A stretch of 64,000 nucleotides of DNA from Verrucomicrobiia bacterium (GTDB lineage: Bacteria; Verrucomicrobiota; Verrucomicrobiia; Limisphaerales; UBA11358): NCBI GenBank assembly GCA_031290985.1, contig JARLJW010000111.1:52104-116103 (forward strand), read 5' to 3'. The position numbers were made by a program, and so were the translations under genes. The notes under the pieces were generated by a model. It saw only the letters and a program-made list of their open reading frames with translations. It was not told where the DNA came from and ran no database searches. This document shows positions 45,703-54,103 of the stretch, in pieces. The first letter of the stretch is position 1. The number at the start of each line of letters is the position of its first letter.

Positions 45703-47817
45703 ATGAATTCCCCGACTCCGTCCCGGCCGGCGGCCAGCAACTTTCGTTGGATCATCTGTGCGCTGTTGTTCTTCTCTACCACTTTCAATTATCTGGACCG
45801 GCAGGTCATCAGCTACCTGAAGGAGTATTTCTGCACCCCGATGGAAACGTCCGCCAGCTTTTCGGCGTTTACCGCGAATGATGTCAACCTGACGGAGTTT
45901 GCCGCCAAATTGAACCAGCCGGCCGATGCCGTTACCGCCTACCTCAAGACGAATTTATCCGCGCCCACGCTCGCCGCGCTGGCGAAGTACTCGGCCGCCG
46001 CTCCGCTGCCGCTGCAGACCAATCTCATATCCGATCTCAACACCCTCATCACCAACCAGACGGTCTATGACCCGCAGCGGTTTGCCGGCGTGACCCTGCG
46101 CCCGGAAACGCAAAAGCTGCTCGCGCTGATTCAGCCTGGCGACGGGCTCCCGCACCTGAACCGGGTGCTGCTGGATGATGCCTATCCACGCGAGATTTCT
46201 CGGGGTGGCTTCGGCTGGTCCAACACGGACTTTGCGAATTTGACCTCCTTCTTCACCGCGTTCTATGCCGGCATGACCATCATTGCGGGCTGGGTCATCG
46301 ACAAGATCGGGACAAAAATGGGGCTGGCCCTGTCGCTGATCATCTGGTCAATCTTCGGCATTTGCAACGCCTTTATCGGCCGGCTGGTGATGATGCACGT
46401 TTTGATCCGGAGCGCCTTCGGCATCGGCGAGGCCGGCAATTTCCCCGCGTCCATCAAGACGGTTGCCGAGTGGTTTCCAAAGCGTGAACGCGCCCTTGCC
46501 ACGGGTATTTTCAACAGCGGTTCCAACTTCGGAGCCATGATTGCCGCATTGTTTGTTCCGTGGTGCATGATTTATTTTGGTGACCAGCTCGGCTGGAAAA
46601 TGGCGTTCATCCTCACGGGTGCCGTCGGTTTTATCTGGCTGATTTTTTGGTTCTGGCTGTATGACACCCCGTCGAAAAGCCCACGCCTTTCCCAAGCGGA
46701 ATACGATTTGATCCATAGCGACAAAGACGAGGTTCCCAGCGGGGAAAAACCGGGCAAGGCGTCTTTTGGCAAGCTGTTTTCCTGCACCGGCCGGGTGCCC
46801 TGCTCGAGTTTCTGGGGAACGACAATTCTGGTCGGCATTTTGACCGCGTTCGTTTTCCTGATGACCACCCTGATCGTGGTGCCCAAGGGGATGATTTACA
46901 TCTCCGGCGAAAGCGCCCGGCAGGTTACGGAAAAGATATTTGTCGCTCCAAACTCCTATGCCCCCATCCTGGCCTTCCGCATCACCTGGCTGCTTTTGAT
47001 GGCGTGGGTGTGCATCGCCCTGCAAATCAAACGCTGGCATGATCTTGGCAAAACCGGCTGGCTGGTTCTCCTCAACCTCCTGCCCGGCGTCGGCAGCCTG
47101 ATTTCGCTCGTGGTCCTCGGGTTTTTCAAAAGCACGGCCAGCGCGTCTAAGTTCGGAAATGACTCCAGCATTGGCGTGCTGGGATACCGCCAGACTTGGG
47201 CGTTTTTCTGGGGGAAATTCCTGACCGACGGGGTCTGGTGGTTTTATCTTTTCTGGCTGCCGGACTATCTCAAAAAGCAGTTTGGCATGGATAAACACCA
47301 GGTCATGCTGCCGACATTTATTGTTTATGGTGTTGCCATCATCGGCAGCGTTTACGGCGGCAGCATACCCATGACGCTCATCAAAAAGGGCATGGCCGTC
47401 TACAAGGCCCGCATGATGGCCATGTTTCTCATCGCGCTGGTGCCGCTCACCGTGTTGACCACGCAATATTTTGGCAACGTGGAACGTTTTGGCAATACCT
47501 GGGCTGCGGTGCTGGCCGTTGCCACCATTTGCGTGGGCGCCGCCGCGCATCAAGCCTGGTCGGCCAATCTGTTCACGACCGTTTCGGACATGTTCCCGAA
47601 GCGGACCGTTGGCTCGGTCACCGGCATTGGCGCCATGGCCGGCGGCCTCGGCGGCGTGCTCGTCCAACAACTCGCCGGCGGTCTTACGGATGCTTACAAA
47701 AACAACCCACAACACGCTTATCTCATCATGTTCATTGTCTGCGCGTCGAGCTATCTGATCGCGTGGGGAATCATGAAAACGCTCGTGCCCCGGCACCAGC
47801 CGATCACGGACATTTAA
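45703..47817 (+). CDS. MFS transporter of the hexuronate/ExuT-like type carrying two large insertions (one DUF805-like)
   Basis: RWIICALLFFSTTFNYLDRQV, GWVIDKIGTK, GEAGNFPASIKTVAEWFPKRERALATGIFNSGSNFGA and WAFFWGKFLTDGVWWFYLFWLPDYL align with ExuT-type MFS proteins. These are normally about 430 aa; this one is 704 aa. See findings. Confidence 0.85.
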   Translation: MNSPTPSRPAASNFRWIICALLFFSTTFNYLDRQVISYLKEYFCTPMETSASFSAFTANDVNLTEFAAKLNQPADAVTAYLKTNLSAPTLAALAKYSAAAPLPLQTNLISDLNTLITNQTVYDPQRFAGVTLRPETQKLLALIQPGDGLPHLNRVLLDDAYPREISRGGFGWSNTDFANLTSFFTAFYAGMTIIAGWVIDKIGTKMGLALSLIIWSIFGICNAFIGRLVMMHVLIRSAFGIGEAGNFPASIKTVAEWFPKRERALATGIFNSGSNFGAMIAALFVPWCMIYFGDQLGWKMAFILTGAVGFIWLIFWFWLYDTPSKSPRLSQAEYDLIHSDKDEVPSGEKPGKASFGKLFSCTGRVPCSSFWGTTILVGILTAFVFLMTTLIVVPKGMIYISGESARQVTEKIFVAPNSYAPILAFRITWLLLMAWVCIALQIKRWHDLGKTGWLVLLNLLPGVGSLISLVVLGFFKSTASASKFGNDSSIGVLGYRQTWAFFWGKFLTDGVWWFYLFWLPDYLKKQFGMDKHQVMLPTFIVYGVAIIGSVYGGSIPMTLIKKGMAVYKARMMAMFLIALVPLTVLTTQYFGNVERFGNTWAAVLAVATICVGAAAHQAWSANLFTTVSDMFPKRTVGSVTGIGAMAGGLGGVLVQQLAGGLTDAYKNNPQHAYLIMFIVCASSYLIAWGIMKTLVPRHQPITDI

Positions 47818-47831
47818 CAGTTCTTAACAAC

Positions 47832-47874
47832 AAAAAGCCCGTTGGAGCGAATGCTGCAACGGGCTTGTTTTTTT
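47832..47874. terminator. bidirectional intrinsic terminator between MFS gene (+) and SDR gene (-)
   Basis: AAAAAGCCCGTTG-(12-nt loop)-CAACGGGCTTGTTTTTTT: a 9-bp stem with an A-tract upstream and a T-tract downstream. Confidence 0.85.
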
Positions 47875-47910
47875 AACTCTGTTTTCCCTGTCAGCTCCGG
47901 TTCAGATGGC

Positions 47911-48684
47911 TCAGATGCTCATCGCATCAAAACCGCCGTCCACCACGATCTCCGCGCCGGTGATGAAGCTGCCCGCATCCGACGCCAGCAGCAGGGTCGC
48001 GCCGACCAGTTCGTGCGCTTCGCCGAAGCGTTTCATCGGCGTCTTGCCCATGATCTGCGCCACGCGTTCGGGATTCAGCACCTTGCGGTTCTGTTCCGCC
48101 GGGAAGAACCCGGGCACAAGAATGTTCACCCGCACGCCGGAGGTCGCCCATTCGCGCGCAAGGTTTTTGGAGAGGTTGTGCACCGCCGCCTTCGAGGCCG
48201 AGTAGGTGAACACGCGCGACAATGGCGTGAGCCCCGACGCCGAGCCGAGGTTGATGATGCTGCCCGACTTCTGCCCGACCAGGTGCTTGCCGAAAACCTG
48301 GCAGGCCAGGACGACGCCCTTCAGGTTCACCGTGATGATGCGGTCAAATTCGTCTTCCGGAATGTCGAGGAACGGCGTCGGCGAATTGATACCCGCGCCA
48401 TTCACCAGAATATCCACGCGCCCGAATTTCTTCAAAACGTCCGCGAGCAGTTGCTGCAACGCCGCCTTGGAAGTCGCCTCGCACGGAAAGAATTCCGCCT
48501 TGCCGCCGCCCTTGGCGATGGCATCGAGCCGCGCCTTCGCCTTGGCCGCATCCCGCCCGACGAGGGCCACGGTTGCGCCTGCAATGGCGATGCCTTCGGC
48601 CATCTCACCGCACAGCACGCCCGTGCCGCCGATGACGACCGCCACCTTGCCTTTGAGTGAGAACAGTTCTGCTGGTGTTTTCAT
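47911..48684 (-). CDS. SDR-family oxidoreductase (UxuB/YjmF-like D-mannonate or gluconate-5-dehydrogenase type)
   Basis: [20 protein letters not shown] (NAD(P) site), NGAG, and catalytic YSASKAAV. The N-terminal LFSLKGKVA motif recalls short-chain fructuronate reductases. Confidence 0.8.
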   Translation of the reverse strand: MKTPAELFSLKGKVAVVIGGTGVLCGEMAEGIAIAGATVALVGRDAAKAKARLDAIAKGGGKAEFFPCEATSKAALQQLLADVLKKFGRVDILVNGAGINSPTPFLDIPEDEFDRIITVNLKGVVLACQVFGKHLVGQKSGSIINLGSASGLTPLSRVFTYSASKAAVHNLSKNLAREWATSGVRVNILVPGFFPAEQNRKVLNPERVAQIMGKTPMKRFGEAHELVGATLLLASDAGSFITGAEIVVDGGFDAMSI

Positions 48685-48696
48685 ATTGGTAATGGC

Positions 48697-49794
48697 TTAG
48701 CGTTGCACGCGGGCGCTGCCGCCGCCAAAGGTTTTTTCCACTTCTTTGCGCGTGGCCATCGACGTGTCGCCGGGCGTGGTCGAGGCAAGCGCGCCGTGCG
48801 CGGCCCCATATTCCACCGCCTTCTGCGCGTCGTTGAATTCCAGGAAGCCGAACTGCAGGCCGCTGGCGAAACTGTCGCCGCCGCCGACGCGATCCAGGAT
48901 TTCCAGCTCCGGATACTTGCGGCTCTCATGAAATTTGCCGTCATGCCAGAGGATCGCGCTCCAGTCGTTCTTCGTCGCGGTGATGACGCGGCGGAGCGTG
49001 GTGGCGGCGACCTTGAAATTGGGATACGCCTTGACGGCGGTCTCGATCATCGCCTTGAACGCATCCGTCTCGATATGGCTCAGGCTGTGATCCGCGCCCT
49101 TCACTTCAAAGCCGAGCGACGCGGTGAAATCCTCCTCGTTGCCGATCATCACGTCCACATACTTGGCGATCTCCTTGTTCACTTCCTGCGCCTTCTTGAG
49201 GCCGCCGATGGATTTCCAAAGCGACGGACGATAATTCAAATCGTAGCTCACAACGACGCCGTGCTTCTTCGCCGCCTTCACCGCTTCGATGGTGAGGGCC
49301 GCGGTCGTTTCCGACAGCGCCGCGAAGATGCCGCCGGTGTGCAGCCAGCGTGTGCCGACCTTGCCAAAAATATGGTCCCAGTCAAAATCGCCCGGCTTGA
49401 GCTGCGCCGCGGCGGAATTGCCGCGATCCGGCACGCCGACCGCGCCGCGGATGCCAAAGCCGCGTTCGGTGAAATTCAAGCCGTTGCGCACGCTGCGGCC
49501 GATGCCGTCGTCTTCCCGCCACTTGATGTAGTCAGTGCAAACGCCGCCCTGCATGATGAAATCCTCGATGAGATGGCCGACCTCATTGTCCACGAACGCC
49601 GTGCAAACGGCGGTCTTGTAGCCGAAACACTTGCGCAAACCGCGCGAGGTGTTGTATTCGCCGCCACCTTCCCACGCGGTGAACGCGCGCGCGGTGCGGA
49701 TGCGTCCCTCGCCGGGGTCAAGCCGCAGCATGATTTCACCGAGGGAAATTTGGTCGTATTTGCAGGTGGATTTGTCGCGTAATTGAATTGCCAT
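48697..49794 (-). CDS. kdgK: PfkB-family sugar kinase, 2-dehydro-3-deoxygluconokinase-like
   Basis: ISLGEIMLRLDP, GGGEYNTSRGL, and the C-terminal DRVGGGDSFASGL (PfkB ATP/anion hole motif). A long (365 aa) KdgK-type architecture. Confidence 0.75.
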   Translation of the reverse strand: MAIQLRDKSTCKYDQISLGEIMLRLDPGEGRIRTARAFTAWEGGGEYNTSRGLRKCFGYKTAVCTAFVDNEVGHLIEDFIMQGGVCTDYIKWREDDGIGRSVRNGLNFTERGFGIRGAVGVPDRGNSAAAQLKPGDFDWDHIFGKVGTRWLHTGGIFAALSETTAALTIEAVKAAKKHGVVVSYDLNYRPSLWKSIGGLKKAQEVNKEIAKYVDVMIGNEEDFTASLGFEVKGADHSLSHIETDAFKAMIETAVKAYPNFKVAATTLRRVITATKNDWSAILWHDGKFHESRKYPELEILDRVGGGDSFASGLQFGFLEFNDAQKAVEYGAAHGALASTTPGDTSMATRKEVEKTFGGGSARVQR

Positions 49795-49817
49795 AAAGTT
49801 TAGGTGGTTAAAAAAGT

Positions 49818-50915
49818 TTAGACCTGGACGGATTTGAATTCAGCCAGATTCCACGCCGGCTGACCGACTTCGTGCGCGAGATGGTTCAATTCCTCGATCT
49901 CCGCCTTCGTGAACAGCAATCCGCCATGTTGTTTGGACAGCCCGCCCCAGCGCGCTTCCGGCTGGCCGGGCAGCATGCACTTCTCGTTGCCGTGGCCCAG
50001 CACGTCTTCGATGACCGCCTTCACGTTCTGGACCTGCGTGCGGCCATTGACGTAATTGTTCCCCTTCATTGCATCCGGATGGATGACCTGAAAATAAAAG
50101 GTCGAGCCGCGTTTCTCGCCCGCGCCGCCGCGCGAGGTGCCACGGATTTCCGGCAGCGAACCGCCGATGTAACCGGCGTACAATTCGTCAATCAAACCAA
50201 GACCGTAGCCCTTGTGCGCGCCAAACGGCAGCAACGCCACCGCCTTGTTTGGATCGGTCGTCGGGTGGCCTTCGGCATCCACGGCCGCACCGGGCGGAAG
50301 TTGTTTGCCTTCGCGCTTCATCACCTGCACACGGCCCATGGCGATCGTCGAAGTCGCCCAGTCGATCACGATGGGAAAGCCAATGGCATCCTGCGTCGGA
50401 AATGCCCACGAATGCGGGTTCGTGCCCATTGTCGGCGTCTTGCCGCCGAACGGCACGACTTCGGACGTGGCCGAGGTGCAGTTCGTGTAAGCGATGTAGC
50501 CCTTGAGCGCGGCGTCCATCACATAGCCGCCGCCCCAGAGATAATGCGTGGCGTTGTCCACGCTGACCATGCCCACGCCGTACTTGTCGGCAAGCTTCAT
50601 GCAGGTGTCCATCGCCTCATAAGCCACCGCCTGGCCGAGTTTGTTGTGGCCGTTCCAGATTTCAGATGCCGCAAAGCGCGACGGCAGCTTCTCGATCTTC
50701 GCGCCGGGCGTCCAGCGTCCGACCTTGCTGCCGAACAACTCGTCCAGGTGCAGCGCCTTGATGGCATTGTGCGTGCGAATGCCGTAATAGGCCGCGCTGG
50801 CGCAGAACCGCGCCCCGGCGGCGGCTTCGGCGGCATCGTAACCGCGTTTGAGATACGCCTTGGTCACAAGGCCATCGTGTTTTTCTTTGGGGATGATGTA
50901 ATAAGTTTCGGACAT
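49818..50915 (-). CDS. Ldh_2-family (malate/L-lactate/2,3-diketogulonate-type) oxidoreductase
   Basis: GTNPHSWAFP...PIVIDWATSTIAMGRV...LPFGAHKGYGLGLIDELYAG are hallmarks of the type-2 Ldh family. Confidence 0.8.
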   Translation of the reverse strand: MSETYYIIPKEKHDGLVTKAYLKRGYDAAEAAAGARFCASAAYYGIRTHNAIKALHLDELFGSKVGRWTPGAKIEKLPSRFAASEIWNGHNKLGQAVAYEAMDTCMKLADKYGVGMVSVDNATHYLWGGGYVMDAALKGYIAYTNCTSATSEVVPFGGKTPTMGTNPHSWAFPTQDAIGFPIVIDWATSTIAMGRVQVMKREGKQLPPGAAVDAEGHPTTDPNKAVALLPFGAHKGYGLGLIDELYAGYIGGSLPEIRGTSRGGAGEKRGSTFYFQVIHPDAMKGNNYVNGRTQVQNVKAVIEDVLGHGNEKCMLPGQPEARWGGLSKQHGGLLFTKAEIEELNHLAHEVGQPAWNLAEFKSVQV

Positions 50916-50921
50916 AAAAAT

Positions 50922-51572
50922 TTAAGTAATTCGTTGAATGACTTTGAATCCGCCACTTTTGGTTAGCCAAGCTTCCACCCAGGGTTCCGAATCACGGAAT
51001 GTCAGAACCATCAATTGGTCGTCAACCAAATCATACCAATCATCATCCTGCCCGGGCCAATGCCATCCGCCAAGCATGGCGTAGATGTCAGATTCAAAAT
51101 AAAGCGGATATTCGTCTTCCCAAACTTTCCAGTAGGCATTTACCGTCGCCTTGTCTTTAAAATTATTATTGTATCGCCAGCCGCGCTGCCATCCGTTTGC
51201 CCTCAACCATTCGCCAACCGCGTCGGACCCCAATGCCATCACTGCATCAAGCGGTGGAATGACATCTGCCTTATGGGCATATAGTTTGATCCCATCACGG
51301 TTTGGCCAAGTTGCGGATATTTCGACTTTGCCACTTTCACAATCGTCTTCATTGGAGAATACACTGATGTATCCGGTAATGGAAGATGGCAGGGCGGAAA
51401 CAAATCGAGAATCGACGGTCAGCCAGCATCGATGTCCAGTCTCTTCAATCTCATCGTCATCGCGTTCATACCAGATTGCGGCAATCTCTCCAGAAACCTC
51501 TGGTCTCAAGAAATAACAAGGACGTTGTAATTTTCGTCCTTCGGCAATGAGTTGGTCCGGGGTCATTGGCAA
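50922..51572 (-). CDS. hypothetical W/D/E-rich protein, low-GC insert in operon
   Basis: 216 aa. Gaps of 6 nt to both neighbours. The C-terminal AMLGGWHWPGQDDDWYDLVDDQLMVLTF loosely resembles DUF1963/YwqG- or SMI1-type immunity-like proteins. My hand GC counts of two 100-nt samples gave 45% and 39%. Confidence 0.7.
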   Translation of the reverse strand: MPMTPDQLIAEGRKLQRPCYFLRPEVSGEIAAIWYERDDDEIEETGHRCWLTVDSRFVSALPSSITGYISVFSNEDDCESGKVEISATWPNRDGIKLYAHKADVIPPLDAVMALGSDAVGEWLRANGWQRGWRYNNNFKDKATVNAYWKVWEDEYPLYFESDIYAMLGGWHWPGQDDDWYDLVDDQLMVLTFRDSEPWVEAWLTKSGGFKVIQRIT

Positions 51573-51578
51573 AACCGT

Positions 51579-52568
51579 TTAAACCACCTTCTTCACCGGC
51601 ACTTCCGGATTCACCTGCGCGATCGGTTTTTCGCCGTTCATCGCCAGGATGAGATTTTTCACGGAACAGGTGGCCTGGCGCACCACGCTCTCATAGGTGC
51701 GCGACGCCACGTGCGGCGTGCAGACGACATTCGGCAGCTTGAGCAGCGGATGGTCGGCGGGCGGGGGCTCATGATCCAGCACGTCCGTACCGTAACCACC
51801 CACCTGCCCTGATTTCAACGCGGCAACCATGTCATTCGTGTTCACCACTTCGCCGCGCGCACAGTTCAGGATCAGCACACCCTTCTTCATCTTCGGAAAT
51901 GACTTGGCGGAAATCATGTCGCGCGTTTCCGGCGTGAGGTTGGTGTGGAGCGAGATGTAATCGCTCGCGGCGTAAATTTCATCCAGCGTGGCGGCGCGCT
52001 TCACGTTGTGATCGGCGGCAAATTTCTCATCCCAATAGACGTCGAAGGCGATCACATTCATGCCGAAGGCACGCGAGCGGATGGCCACTTCCTTCCCGAT
52101 GCGGCCGAGGCCGATGATGCCGATGGTCTTGTCCAGCAGCTCGTGGCCGGTTTTGCGCTTCCAGTTCGTCTTGGCGTCGCCGCTGCGGGTGGAGTCCGTG
52201 TGGTAGAGGAAATTCTTCTCCAGCGCGAGCAGCAGCATGAAGTTATGCTCGGCCACGGTCGTATGGTTCACGCCGGGCGTGAAGAGCAGCGGGATGCCGA
52301 ACTCGGTGCAGGATTTCACATCGATCTTGTCCACGCCGATGCCGTATTTGCTCAGGACCTTCAGCTTCGGACGGGCCTTCTCCAGGACCTTGCGCGTGAT
52401 GGCATCATCACCGCAGATGTAGCCGTCCACGTCCCCGACCAGCGCGAGCGTGTCCGCCTCGTTGAGCGGGCCGCGGGCGGTGATGATTTCCCAGCCGGTC
52501 TGCTTGAGCAAATCATGGTGCGCGCCGGGCGTGTCCTGAAACGAAGTGGTGGTGAGCAGAATTTTCAT
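51579..52568 (-). CDS. D-isomer-specific 2-hydroxyacid dehydrogenase (phosphoglycerate dehydrogenase-like)
   Basis: IGIIGLGRIGKEVA (GxGxxG), NCARGEVV, TPHVASRT (catalytic His region). Confidence 0.88.
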   Translation of the reverse strand: MKILLTTTSFQDTPGAHHDLLKQTGWEIITARGPLNEADTLALVGDVDGYICGDDAITRKVLEKARPKLKVLSKYGIGVDKIDVKSCTEFGIPLLFTPGVNHTTVAEHNFMLLLALEKNFLYHTDSTRSGDAKTNWKRKTGHELLDKTIGIIGLGRIGKEVAIRSRAFGMNVIAFDVYWDEKFAADHNVKRAATLDEIYAASDYISLHTNLTPETRDMISAKSFPKMKKGVLILNCARGEVVNTNDMVAALKSGQVGGYGTDVLDHEPPPADHPLLKLPNVVCTPHVASRTYESVVRQATCSVKNLILAMNGEKPIAQVNPEVPVKKVV

Positions 52569-52601
52569 CCGGGCATGTTAGAAAATGTTGTCCAACCGGT
52601 C

Positions 52602-52635
52602 AAAAAAATAACCCTCGAACTTATGTTCGAGGGTT
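52602..52635 (-). terminator. intrinsic terminator of the 111-aa gene
   Basis: On the minus strand: AACCCTCGAAC-ATAA-GTTCGAGGGTT followed by ATTTTTTT. Confidence 0.85.
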
Positions 52636-52675
52636 GCATATCGGTTTGAAATTTTGGAATCAGCCGGGGCGAAAA

Positions 52676-53011
52676 TCAGATGGTACCAAACGGTGAGCGG
52701 GCGATTTCACCCAGCCGCGCCTGCGCCTGCGGGGTCATTTCGGTGAACAGCATCGAAACATGGTAGCCGGCATGCTTGGTGCCGGTGCAGGCCACAATGA
52801 CGCCGTTCGCGGAGAATTTGCTGCCGTCCACGGGGGATTGCAGGGACACGGTCATCTCGCTCCATTCATTGAATGGATTGGGGCTGCGAAACTCAATGCC
52901 GCTTTTATGGATGGAGACGGTATCGGCTGACAATTCCAGCTTTGCCTGCCGCGCTACTACCGTCACTGGTTTATCAAATGAATGCCCACTGACGAATTTT
53001 TTTGCGCTCAT
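52676..53011 (-). CDS. hypothetical 111-aa protein, possibly a degenerate PilZ-like beta-barrel
   Basis: DTVSIHKSGIEFRS faintly resembles the D.S..G motif of PilZ, but no RxxxR is present. It has its own terminator. The function call is weak. Confidence 0.5.
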   Translation of the reverse strand: MSAKKFVSGHSFDKPVTVVARQAKLELSADTVSIHKSGIEFRSPNPFNEWSEMTVSLQSPVDGSKFSANGVIVACTGTKHAGYHVSMLFTEMTPQAQARLGEIARSPFGTI

Positions 53012-53077
53012 AGAACTGAATCACTTTAACACGTTGCTGTATTCCGTCAAATTAGATGACTAAATACATTGAATTAG

Positions 53078-54103
53078 TCACCATTCAATGACCGCCGCGC
53101 CCCACGTCAGGCCCGCGCCGAACACCACCAGCAGGATCAATTCGCCCCGCGCCACCCGCCCGGAGGTGATCGCCTCGTCCAGCGCGATGGCCACGGACGC
53201 CGCGGAGGTGTTGCCGTATTTATGGAGGTTGATGAAAAGTTGTTCCGGCGCGGCCTTGAGCCGGTCGCTGACCGCGTCAACAATGCGCCGGTTCGCCTGA
53301 TGCGGAATCACGCACTTGATCTTGGTGATGTCGATGTCGCAACGGCGCATCGCCTCATTCGCCGCGGAAACCATGGCGTTCACCGCGTTCTTGAAGGTTT
53401 CCTTGCCATCCATGCGGAGATGATGCAGACCGGCGGCGACCGATGCCGCCGTGGCCGGGCAGGCGCTGCCACCGCCGGGCATGGACAGCAGTTCCGCCTT
53501 GTTGCCATCCGCGCCCATCACCGCCGTGAGCAGCCCGTGGGAATTCGGGCGGTGCTGCAAAATGGCCGCCCCCGCGCCATCACCGAAAAGCACACAGGTG
53601 TTGCGATCCTTCCAGTTCACGATGGAAGATAGCTTTTCCGCGCCGACGACAAGCACCGTCTCGTAGGTCTGCGACATGATGAACTGCTGGCCGACCTCCA
53701 GCGCGTAGATGAACCCGGAACAGGCGGCTTCCAAATCGAAGGCCGCGGCGTGCATCGCCCCGAGCTTGCGCTGCACCAGGCAGGCGGTCGAGGGAAACGG
53801 CATGTCGGGCGTGAGCGTGGCAATGATGATGAGGTCGATCTGGTCGGCGGTGACCCCGGCCATCTTCATCGCCTTCGCCGCCGCCTTGGCGGCGAGGTCG
53901 GAGGTGAATTCATTCGCGGCGGCAATGCGGCGTTCCTTGATGCCGGTGCGCGAGGTGATCCATTCATCCGAGGTCTCGACCATTTTTTCCAGATCGGCGT
54001 TCGTGAGGACTTTTTCCGGAACATACGAACCGACGCCGGTGATGGAACAGCTGCGGCCCTGGAAATTATGCTTGGCGCGCGGGTTTTTAAACTTGGGACT
54101 CAT
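53078..54103 (-). CDS. fabH: beta-ketoacyl-ACP synthase III
   Basis: ITGVGSYVPEKVLTNADLEKMVETSDEWI, active-site EAACSGFIYAL, IPHQANRRI, YGNTSAASV. Confidence 0.95.
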   Translation of the reverse strand: MSPKFKNPRAKHNFQGRSCSITGVGSYVPEKVLTNADLEKMVETSDEWITSRTGIKERRIAAANEFTSDLAAKAAAKAMKMAGVTADQIDLIIIATLTPDMPFPSTACLVQRKLGAMHAAAFDLEAACSGFIYALEVGQQFIMSQTYETVLVVGAEKLSSIVNWKDRNTCVLFGDGAGAAILQHRPNSHGLLTAVMGADGNKAELLSMPGGGSACPATAASVAAGLHHLRMDGKETFKNAVNAMVSAANEAMRRCDIDITKIKCVIPHQANRRIVDAVSDRLKAAPEQLFINLHKYGNTSAASVAIALDEAITSGRVARGELILLVVFGAGLTWGAAVIEW

